Origin: an uncultured Gemmatimonadales bacterium
GTDB lineage: Bacteria > Gemmatimonadota > Gemmatimonadetes > Gemmatimonadales > GWC2-71-9
Length of the DNA: 16,405 nt
Assembly: GCA_963844035.1 (NCBI GenBank)
Contig: CAWJMT010000015.1
Location: forward strand, 1 to 16,405
Direction of reading: 5' to 3'
Part shown: in pieces, positions 8,491 to 15,624 of the stretch
Numbering within the stretch: position 1 is the stretch's first letter
How the letters are laid out: the number at the start of each line of letters is the position of its first letter
The notes under the pieces: generated by a model
Database searches by the model: none
What the model was told of the DNA's origin: nothing
Seen by the model: only the letters and a program-made list of their open reading frames with translations
Program-made: the position numbers and the translations under genes

Positions 8491-8992
8491 TGCCCCCGAA
8501 CCCTGGCTGCGCGGGCCGGTTCCTGGGGTCCCCGCGCTGCTCCAACCTGCCGCGCACGCGCTCATCATGGCACGCGAGGACATCGACGCCGCGCTGAGTG
8601 GCATCAGCGATGACCAGCTGTGGCTCCGGCCGAACGACGTTGCGTCCCTGGGATTTCACCTGGCGCACCTGGCCGGGAGCACCGATCGGCTGTTGACCTA
8701 CGCGCGTGGCGAGCCGTTGTCTGACGCGCAGCGCAGCGCCCTCGTACGCGAGCAACGAATTGGGGAAGTTCGCCCGTCGCTCGAGGCCTTGCTCGAAGAC
8801 TGGCATCGGACGGTGACGGCGGCGCTGCAGCAACTCGCCGCCACGGCGGACGTTACGCTACAGGAGCCCCGGCGGGTGGGCCGCGCGCAGCTGCCGTCCA
8901 CAGTACTGGGCCTGCTGTTTCATACCGCCGAACATGCGGCGCGGCACACCGGGCAGATTGTGACGACCGCCAAGCTCGTACGCTCCCAATGA
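8490..8992 (+). CDS. DinB family protein (DinB_2-like) with an apparent indel in the C5 run just after the start codon
   Basis: EPWLRGP N-terminal motif; His motifs FHLAHLAGS and FHTAEHAARHTGQ. ATG 8490 overlaps the upstream stop (TAATG) but is out of frame unless the C run at 8493-8497 has 3 or 6 C. Confidence 0.8.
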
Positions 8993-9441
8993 CGTATTCG
9001 ATTCGACCAGTCACCCAACGCGACGCCGCTGCATGGCTGCGGCTGCGGCAAGGGCTTTGGCCCGAGAGCTCCGAAGCGGAGCTCCGGGCGGAGATCGACG
9101 AGTTCTTTAACGGTTGGGCGCTCGAGCCGATCGCCGTGCTCCTGGCCGAGGATGAACCTGGTGTGGCCGTAGGGATGGCTGAGCTGTCGATTCGCTCGAT
9201 CGTTGAGGGGTGCAGCAGCGGCCGCGTCGCCTATCTCGAGGGATGGTACGTCGTGCCCGAAGCGCGGCGGCGCGGTGTGGGACGCGCGCTCGTCGAGGCG
9301 GCGGAGGCGTGGGGGCGCGAGCAGGGCTGCACCGAGTTCGGGTCCGACACGCAGCTCGACAACCTGGACAGCGTGGCGGCGCATCGTGCGCTCGGATTCA
9401 CCGAGGTGGAGCAGATCCGCTGTTTCCGAAAGGTCCTGTAG
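8989..9441 (+). CDS. aac(6')-I: GNAT acetyltransferase, aminoglycoside 6'-N-acetyltransferase type I-like
   Basis: WLRLRQGLWP, AELSIR, EGC...VAYLEGWYVVPEARRRGVGRALV, GCTEFGSDTQLDN...AHRALGF...FRK match the AAC(6')-Iy/Iz-type pattern. ATGA coupling with the DinB stop. Activity is unproven. Confidence 0.8.
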   Translation: MTYSIRPVTQRDAAAWLRLRQGLWPESSEAELRAEIDEFFNGWALEPIAVLLAEDEPGVAVGMAELSIRSIVEGCSSGRVAYLEGWYVVPEARRRGVGRALVEAAEAWGREQGCTEFGSDTQLDNLDSVAAHRALGFTEVEQIRCFRKVL

Positions 9442-9442
9442 C

Positions 9443-9475
9443 GCGGCGCGGCCGCCGACTGCGCAGCCGCGCCGC
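9443..9475. terminator. GC-rich stem-loop between convergent genes, probable bidirectional terminator or stabiliser
   Basis: Perfect 10-bp inverted repeat GCGGCGCGGC (9443-9452) / GCCGCGCCGC (9466-9475) between the stops at 9441 (+) and 9494 (-). No clear U-tract. Confidence 0.6.
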
Positions 9476-9493
9476 ATTGCTCTTCCGCCCCGT

Positions 9494-10021
9494 CTAGCGC
9501 TTCAGTGCCGCCCGCAACTTGGCGAGATGATGATAGCTGTGCCGCACGGCGTGATCCTCCAGAATGAACTGACAGGTGAGCGGCGCATCGCCGTTGAGCG
9601 ACACCGGCGCGGCCCGGTCGAGCTCTTCGTCGCTCAGCGCCCGGATGGCGGCCGCGGCGGCGGTGCTGTTCTGGCGCAGCAGATCGAGCGCCGCCTGCTT
9701 CGTCACGCCGTCGAACTCCTTGGCGTGCGCGGCATTCAGCTCGTGCACCGTGTCCCAGGTCAGGCCCACCACCGGGTGGCCCTCGGCCAGCGTCTGCGCC
9801 AGCTGCATCTCGATCGGGTACATCGTCGCGACGTGGTGCACGATCACGCCCATTTTGCGCCCATCCTTCGGGATGCGGGTTTGCCACTCCGCATCGGTGA
9901 GCGCGGTTGCAAAGGCGGCGAGCGCACGGGCCCCTTGCTCTAAGCGAGTGGCGAGGGCGTTCGCGCGGTGTTCCTGTCCGATCGGGGACCAGGTGGCGGC
10001 CGGCATGCTCTTCGAGGTCAT
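9494..10021 (-). CDS. DinB superfamily protein
   Basis: LTDAEWQT...GVIVHHVA...LSDEELDR...ILEDHAVRHSYHHL four-helix/His-triad pattern; RBS GGAGAG upstream of the ATG. Confidence 0.8.
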   Translation of the reverse strand: MTSKSMPAATWSPIGQEHRANALATRLEQGARALAAFATALTDAEWQTRIPKDGRKMGVIVHHVATMYPIEMQLAQTLAEGHPVVGLTWDTVHELNAAHAKEFDGVTKQAALDLLRQNSTAAAAAIRALSDEELDRAAPVSLNGDAPLTCQFILEDHAVRHSYHHLAKLRAALKR

Positions 10022-10051
10022 GGCAATCTCTCCGTCAAAGTGTTGAGGGTG

Positions 10052-11329
10052 TTACTGCGCCGCGATCGTGCCGGTACTGGTCGCCGACCGTCGGGTGGTT
10101 CCGTCGCTTACGGCAGCGTCCCGCCCGTACCCCAGCGTCCCGCCGACCCGCACCGCAGTCCACAACAGCGCCTCCCCCGGGTAGAGCGTCCATGCCGGGT
10201 CGAAGCCGGCGGCGCTCGACAGATCGGGGATGAGGAGGTCGTATCCTCCCGCCAGCGCGGCATAGGCCGCGGTCATCGAGATGGTGACGATCGTCTCCTG
10301 GCCTTCTTGATAGATGACCACCGCGGATCGGTCGTAGTCACTCTGCGGGACGAAATGCGCCCGCAATTGCAACGTCGGCGCAGTCGCGACGGCGGTGAAC
10401 GTGGGAGCAATGAGCGGCGCACCCAGCGTGAGTGTGCGGTCGATGGGTGCGCGGAAGTAGACGCTCGCCGAGCGGGGACTGCCGGTGGCGGAGAGCACGC
10501 TGGCCGAGAGAACCTGGAGATCGCCCGGGCGGAGCTGTGTCTCGGGCAGCGCCACGTAGCCCCTGGTTACATCGGTGGACGCATTGGTCTGCAACGCGAT
10601 GGCGATCTCGGCGTTGCTTGTCAGTAACTGGGTGCCGGTGGTCGCGGTCTCCCCACCCAGCCCCGCGAGGGACACGTTCGCAACCGCGGGGGCGAACGCT
10701 TCGGGGGCGGAGAAGTCGAGCACGGGCAGCGTCGTGCTGTCCGGCAGGTCGACGTCGCGCCGCAGGATGAATCCGGTAACGGCACTGCTGCCGTTGGTCA
10801 GAATTCCCAGGAGATCACGTGGCCCGCTGGGCAGTGCCTTGATCTCGAACGTGCTGTCGACGCGGACCCGGACGCGCGAGAAAAACGGCCCGCTCACGAA
10901 CGCGACGTCTTGGGTGCCGAGCCCGGCGGCGGTGCCGAGCAGGGTTTTCGCGACGAACGGACCGCAATCACGTGGATTGGTATCTCCGACCGTCGCGAGC
11001 TCCGTCGGAGTGCCGTACAGCACCGAGAGAATGGTGAGGTCTGCCGAGTGCTTCAGCGTCGCGACCGCGCCGCGTGTGGCGGAGAAGAGAGAGCTAAACC
11101 GAACCCTGCCGCCGGCAGGCGACCCTTGTATCCGCGTCCACGCGCCGTCGCCGTCCTGGAACGCCACCCAGTTCGGCTCGAGGCCGCTGCAGTAGGCGAC
11201 CGCCACGGCGGTCGGCGGCGGCGGTGTCCCGCCTCCATCACCCGTGCCGGTCCCGTATGTGCTCTGACACGCGGCCAGGCCCACAAGGGCCAAGGCTGCG
11301 ACAAGAAATCCACTCGTGCGCTCCAACAT
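10052..11329 (-). CDS. Lipoprotein of unknown function (425 aa, beta-rich)
   Basis: Signal peptide with lipobox LAA-C at residue 21, a Gly/Thr/Pro linker, then WVAFQDGDGAWT...ILRRDVDLPDSTTLPVLDF. RBS GGGAGG lies 4 nt before the ATG. Confidence 0.8.
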   Translation of the reverse strand: MLERTSGFLVAALALVGLAACQSTYGTGTGDGGGTPPPPTAVAVAYCSGLEPNWVAFQDGDGAWTRIQGSPAGGRVRFSSLFSATRGAVATLKHSADLTILSVLYGTPTELATVGDTNPRDCGPFVAKTLLGTAAGLGTQDVAFVSGPFFSRVRVRVDSTFEIKALPSGPRDLLGILTNGSSAVTGFILRRDVDLPDSTTLPVLDFSAPEAFAPAVANVSLAGLGGETATTGTQLLTSNAEIAIALQTNASTDVTRGYVALPETQLRPGDLQVLSASVLSATGSPRSASVYFRAPIDRTLTLGAPLIAPTFTAVATAPTLQLRAHFVPQSDYDRSAVVIYQEGQETIVTISMTAAYAALAGGYDLLIPDLSSAAGFDPAWTLYPGEALLWTAVRVGGTLGYGRDAAVSDGTTRRSATSTGTIAAQ

Positions 11330-11330
11330 G

Positions 11331-11364
11331 TTGCCTCCCAGGGTGCCCAGTGAACTGGGAGCAA
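11331..11364 (-). promoter_or_regulatory. 5'-leader inverted repeat covering the lipoprotein RBS
   Basis: On the mRNA strand, UUGCUCCCAG pairs with CUGGGAGGCAA (which contains the RBS) with one bulge. A nested palindrome CCCAGT-GA-ACTGGG lies at 11346-11359. Confidence 0.45.
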
Positions 11365-11378
11365 ACCTGCGAGGGAGG

Positions 11379-11407
11379 GCTTACGGGCGGCTTACAACAC
11401 CGCTTAC
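11379..11407 (-). promoter_or_regulatory. Three direct repeats GTAAGC with 11/12-bp period, putative SARP/OmpR-type wHTH binding site
   Basis: GCTTAC on the + strand at 11379-11384, 11390-11395 and 11402-11407, in the 101-bp gap between a wHTH-BTAD regulator and the lipoprotein gene. Confidence 0.7.
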
Positions 11408-11430
11408 AGGACCGGGAGTGTCGCGGAGTG

Positions 11431-14301
11431 TTACGTGACCAGGGTGCGGTACAGCTGTGCCGTTTCGGCCTCCGGTTTGGCCTCGAGCTCGCGCTGCAGC
11501 GCCTGCTCCAGGCGTTTGTAGGCCTGCTGGACCTGGGATCGCTCGCCCAATTTGGCGTGGCAGGTCATGAGGCCGCGGTAGGCTCCCTCGTCCAGCTCAT
11601 CGCGACCGATGAGCTTGCGCCACAGGTCGCCCGCCTCGATCCAGCGCTCCTGTTTCATGTGCCGGTCGGCAAGAGCGGAGAGCGCGTTCTCGTACTTGAG
11701 GCGCAGCCGATCGCGTAGCTCCAGATGCCAGTCGCCCGCCGCCTCGTGCTCGAGAAAATCTCCGCCGTAGAGGGTGATCGCGGATTCGAGCAGCGTCGTA
11801 TCCCCATCGCGCCTGAGCCGTGCCGCCCCCGCGGTCACGTCGCGCTCGAAGGTTGTGGCGTCGAACCACACGGTCATTCCGGTGTCCAGTAGGTACTGCT
11901 CGCCGGAGTGCCTGACCCATTGGGTGCCGCCCAACGTCTTGCGCAAGCGGTGCAGCGTGACGTGGAAGTTGTTGCGCACTTCTTCGGTCGATGCATCGGG
12001 CCAAAACGCGAGGCCCACTTGCTCGCGCGTGCGCCCTGCCGGATGGCACAGCAGCAGGACCAGCAGCTCGCGTGCCTTCGCCGAAGCCCACGCTTGGCGG
12101 TCGAGCGGCGCCTCATCGCGCCACACGCGCAACGGCCCCAGGGTATGCACGGTGAGCGTCGGAATGAGCGGCGGCGCACGCGGAGCAGGGGAGGGGGGCG
12201 GAGCGACCCAGGTGCCGGTGTCGGCCTCGAGCGCCCACGCGATGGCGTCGGTCAGGGTCATCGTCTCGCCGCGGCGGGCCGCGGTCCGATACGTCCCCGT
12301 GCCCAGGCGGGTCTCGATGTCGGTGCTGAGGGCCTCATACATCAGGCGCTCGGGCGGGGACCAGGTCGCCCCGATCCGCTCCCGCTCGGGGCGCAGGAAC
12401 GCGAGCAGCTGCGCGGCGCGCTCCAACCCCCCGGTGCGATGCGCGATCCGCACCAGCCCCTCGAGACACCACAGGCATCCCAGCAGATCGCTGTTGCTCT
12501 CGTGTACCCGCAGCGCGGTGCGCAGATGGGTTGCCGCGGTGTTGAGCGCACCGCGCTCGATCATCACCAGGCCGAGCATCAACAATGGATGAGCGATCGC
12601 GGGTGGGTGCCCGAGAGCGACGCCCAGGGCATGCGCTTCGGCCAGGAGCCGCTCGGCCTGATCCAGGTCGCGGCGTTCCAGCGCCGAGCGTCCGTGGAAA
12701 TAGAGGGCATAGGAGAGCAAGACGCTGCGCGGGGCATGCGCCCGCGCGAGCGCGGTCGCCTCGACGTGTAACGGTTCGGAGGCGGCCGGGTCCGTCAGCG
12801 AACGACCGACGGCGAGCGAGACAAGCGCGTAGACGAGGTGCCAGGAATCGCCCGCCTCGCGCAGGAGATCCACACCCTTCTGGGCATTGGGGACGATGTG
12901 GTCGAACTTCCCCAGCCAGAACGCCATGGTTGCCATCGCCGCGTAGCCTTTCCCCGCGTCGCTCGGGCGTGCGTGGTCGGCATGTCTCAGCGCGGCCTGG
13001 AGCCGCTCCCACCCGTCGCGAAAATGTCCGCGGGCGAACCAATGCCAGTGCAGCGCCGTACAGAGCCGCAGCGCGGTGGCGTAGTCTCCGGTTTCGTCCG
13101 CCCAATCCGCCGCGGCCCGCAGGTTGCCCTCTTCGGCCGCGAGCCTCCCGGTCCACTCCGGGTCACCCGCTCCGCCGAACGTTTCCCGCTCCCGTGCCGC
13201 GACGAGGTTGGTGAAGAACTGCGCGTGCCGTTGGCGGAGCGCCGCATCTTCGCCCGCGGCGACCAGTTTCTCGCGTCCATACTGCCGCAGGGTCTCGAGC
13301 AGGCGATAGCGTGCTTCGCTGCCGGTCGACTCCATGATCACCAGGGACTTGTCGACCAGCGCGGAGAGCAGATCGAGGACGTCGTCGGGGCTGAGCGCCT
13401 CGACCGCATCGAGGGAAAAGGTCCCCGCGAATACGGAAAGCCTGCGGAACAGGGCGGCCTCGGCCGCGTCGAGGAGGGCGTGGCTCCAGTCGATCGTTTC
13501 GCGCAGCGTGCGGTGGCGTGGCACGGCGGACCGGGTCGAAGGGGCAAGCACTTTGAACGTCTCGTTCAGCCGCGCCGCGATCTGGTCGGGGGCCAGGACG
13601 CGCACGCGCGCGGCCGCCAGCTCGATGGCGAGGGGAATGCCGTCCAGCCGCCGGCAGATCTGGCCCACGGCCTGGGCGTTCGAGTCATCGAGTGCGAACG
13701 CCGGCGCGACCGCGCGGGCGCGCTCGAGAAACAGCCGCCCGGCCTCGGACTGGAGCACGGTGTCCGCGGTCGAGCTTGCCGGCATGGACAGGGGAGGCAC
13801 GAGCCACGTTTGTTCGCCCGGCACGCCAAGACCCTCACGGCTCGTGGCGAGGATGCGAAGACGCGGGCAACCCTTGAGCAGCGTTTCGACGAGCGGGGCG
13901 CAGGCGTCGACCAGGTGCTCGCAGCTGTCCAGGATGAGAAACGTCGTCCGCTCGCACAGGTGGTGCACCATCGTTTCCACCGCGGGTCTTCCGCCCTCTT
14001 CGCGAAAGCCGAGCGTGGTGGCGATGGCCTGGCCTACGAGTGCGGGATCGGAGAGGGTGGCGAGGTCCACCCAGCCTGAGGCTTCAAACAGCGGTGCGGT
14101 GCGGGCCGCCACTTCGGCTGCGAGTCTGGTCTTGCCGCCGCCACCGACGCCGGTCAGCGTCAGGAGCCGCGCGGATCGCAGCAGGTCGGCCACCGCCGCG
14201 ATTTCCATTTCGCGGCCGATGAACGTCGTGAGTTGAATTGGGATGCCCGCGGTCGGGACCTGAAATGCGCCCGACGACCGCGGCGCCGGGGCCGTCGCCA
14301 T
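11431..14301 (-). CDS. STAND (NB-ARC-like) ATPase-TPR transcriptional regulator with C-terminal OmpR-type wHTH and BTAD domains
   Basis: FIGREME, Walker A GVGGGGKT, Walker B FLILDSCEH, ILATSRE, LDGIPLAIELAAAR, TLRETIDWS, then TPR-like helices and a Pro-rich linker. The C-terminus reads LGPLRV...KARELL...FWPD...NNFHVTLHRLRKTLG...DATTFE...LYGGDFL...DELDEGAYRGLM...EPEAET-like (SARP module). Confidence 0.9.
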   Translation of the reverse strand: MATAPAPRSSGAFQVPTAGIPIQLTTFIGREMEIAAVADLLRSARLLTLTGVGGGGKTRLAAEVAARTAPLFEASGWVDLATLSDPALVGQAIATTLGFREEGGRPAVETMVHHLCERTTFLILDSCEHLVDACAPLVETLLKGCPRLRILATSREGLGVPGEQTWLVPPLSMPASSTADTVLQSEAGRLFLERARAVAPAFALDDSNAQAVGQICRRLDGIPLAIELAAARVRVLAPDQIAARLNETFKVLAPSTRSAVPRHRTLRETIDWSHALLDAAEAALFRRLSVFAGTFSLDAVEALSPDDVLDLLSALVDKSLVIMESTGSEARYRLLETLRQYGREKLVAAGEDAALRQRHAQFFTNLVAARERETFGGAGDPEWTGRLAAEEGNLRAAADWADETGDYATALRLCTALHWHWFARGHFRDGWERLQAALRHADHARPSDAGKGYAAMATMAFWLGKFDHIVPNAQKGVDLLREAGDSWHLVYALVSLAVGRSLTDPAASEPLHVEATALARAHAPRSVLLSYALYFHGRSALERRDLDQAERLLAEAHALGVALGHPPAIAHPLLMLGLVMIERGALNTAATHLRTALRVHESNSDLLGCLWCLEGLVRIAHRTGGLERAAQLLAFLRPERERIGATWSPPERLMYEALSTDIETRLGTGTYRTAARRGETMTLTDAIAWALEADTGTWVAPPPSPAPRAPPLIPTLTVHTLGPLRVWRDEAPLDRQAWASAKARELLVLLLCHPAGRTREQVGLAFWPDASTEEVRNNFHVTLHRLRKTLGGTQWVRHSGEQYLLDTGMTVWFDATTFERDVTAGAARLRRDGDTTLLESAITLYGGDFLEHEAAGDWHLELRDRLRLKYENALSALADRHMKQERWIEAGDLWRKLIGRDELDEGAYRGLMTCHAKLGERSQVQQAYKRLEQALQRELEAKPEAETAQLYRTLVT

Positions 14302-14309
14302 GACGGCCT

Positions 14310-14315
14310 ATTCTA
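14310..14315 (-). promoter_or_regulatory. Putative -10 box (TAGAAT) 8 nt before the regulator ATG, candidate leaderless or near-leaderless promoter
   Basis: The minus strand reads ttagt-TAGAAT-aggccgtc-ATG in the most AT-rich patch of the intergenic region, with no strong SD. Confidence 0.5.
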
Positions 14316-14348
14316 ACTAAGGAAGCGCACCGCACGCGACACGGAGCA

Positions 14349-14411
14349 GTTTCGCAGCGAAACCCAGGCGCCTAGTGGCGAGCGCCACCCCCGGTCAACA
14401 TCTTGTGGACC
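14349..14411. repeat. Three tandem palindromes in the divergent intergenic region
   Basis: GTTTCGC-A-GCGAAAC (14349-14363), GTGGCG-AG-CGCCAC (14375-14388) and GGTCAACA-TCT-TGTGGACC (14393-14411, one mismatch). Confidence 0.55.
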
Positions 14412-14420
14412 AATCGCGCT

Positions 14421-14978
14421 ATGCCCACGCCACGTCCGCCCAGGTCCCAACCGCCCAGGCCCCCTGCGCCCAGGCCCCGAAGGCGTCGCAAGGGTCTCAT
14501 CGCGCTATACGTCGTGCTCGGTCTCGTGGCTGCCTTCGTCGTGCTTCTGGTGCTCACGCCGGTGCCCCCGCCGCCGCCCCCGCCCCCGCCCCCGCCGCCG
14601 CGCGCCGAGCGGCCGAAGCCGCCGCTACAGGCGGATGCCCTGGGCTACTACGTCCCGGGTTATCAGTTCACCGTGAACCGGTTCCGCTTCGTCCGCTTGG
14701 AGCTCAGACCGGACGCGGTGCTGACCTTTGTCGATCGGGAGGGGGGCAACGAGTACCAGGCGTTCTGCGAGGACCCCCGCATCAGCGCTACCGCCGTGCA
14801 TCTCAAGTGCGACTTTCCGCAGGTCGGGACGGTGACCGTTGAAGGTCGCTTCCTGAGCCGATTGGCAACCCAGCGCCTCGACACCCCCGTGCTGTCCACG
14901 TTGATCACGGTTCGCTCCGGGGGCGGAGAGACGCAGTACAGCGCGCGGGACTCGTTCTCGTGGCACCCTGCCGACTAG
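14421..14978 (+). CDS. Hypothetical single-pass membrane protein with a polyproline linker
   Basis: Pro/Arg-rich N-terminus, RRRRK followed by a TM helix, 12 consecutive Pro (14565-14600), then a beta-rich domain with two Cys. Confidence 0.7.
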   Translation: MPTPRPPRSQPPRPPAPRPRRRRKGLIALYVVLGLVAAFVVLLVLTPVPPPPPPPPPPPPRAERPKPPLQADALGYYVPGYQFTVNRFRFVRLELRPDAVLTFVDREGGNEYQAFCEDPRISATAVHLKCDFPQVGTVTVEGRFLSRLATQRLDTPVLSTLITVRSGGGETQYSARDSFSWHPAD

Positions 14979-14983
14979 GCCCA

Positions 14984-15616
14984 ATGCCAAACGTCCCTGC
15001 AGCGTCCGTGCTCCTCCTCGTCACGGCCCTCGGCTGTGCGTCCCCACCCCCGCGTTCCCCGGCACCCGAGCCGCGCGGCGGTGCCTCGCCCGCGGGCGGA
15101 TCCGGGACGCTCGACGAGCTGGTGCGGAAGGACCTGGCTCAAGACCACGCGTTCCCCTGGTCGGCGACGCGGCCCCTTACCTGGAGGGACTTTCAGGGCC
15201 GGCCGCCCTCGTCGGGTCCGGAGGGTGCGAAAACGGCGTACGTCTTGTATTCCCTCTGGAAATGCAAGGGTCAGGCCTTCGAATACCGCGTGACGGTGGC
15301 GTTCCGGACGCGGGAGTCGTGGGTAAAGACACAGGTGCTGAACGACAGCGTGCAGCGCCGCACGGTGCTCGAGCACGAACAGTCGCACTTCGACCTGGGA
15401 GAGGTGCACGCGCGCCGCATGCGGCAGGCTTACCGGGAGCTGACGAACCCGTGCCGCCGCAGCGAGGAAGAGCTTGACGCCCTGGCGGACCGGTTCGCCC
15501 GCGAAGAGCGCGAGGAGCAGCGCCGCTACGATGCCGAGACGACCCACGGGCTCCGCACCAGGGAGCAGGCGGCGTGGACCACGGAGATACGCCGTCGACT
15601 GGCGACTGCGAGGTAG
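14984..15616 (+). CDS. DUF922-domain putative Zn-dependent protease, probable lipoprotein
   Basis: WSATRPLTWRDFQG, ESWVK, VLEHEQSHFDLGEVHARRM (HExxH), QRRYDAETTHG...QAAW; lipobox-like ALG-C after a hydrophobic stretch from ATG 14984. Confidence 0.85.
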   Translation: MPNVPAASVLLLVTALGCASPPPRSPAPEPRGGASPAGGSGTLDELVRKDLAQDHAFPWSATRPLTWRDFQGRPPSSGPEGAKTAYVLYSLWKCKGQAFEYRVTVAFRTRESWVKTQVLNDSVQRRTVLEHEQSHFDLGEVHARRMRQAYRELTNPCRRSEEELDALADRFAREEREEQRRYDAETTHGLRTREQAAWTTEIRRRLATAR

Positions 15617-15624
15617 GAGGACAC

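Noticed and set aside
1772..9493. Integron cassette array, suggested by short co-oriented accessory genes including aac(6') and DHFR-like genes
   Set aside because: I saw no RYYYAAC...GTTRRRY attC structures in the spacers, many genes overlap directly, and there is no integrase.
11379..11431. CRISPR-like or iteron interpretation of the short repeats
   Set aside because: The repeats are only 6-7 bp with 3-6 bp spacers, and there is no cas or rep gene.
11774..14236. Long + strand ORFs such as 12838-14079, 13334-14236 and 11908-12771
   Set aside because: They are antisense shadows of the STAND-BTAD gene.
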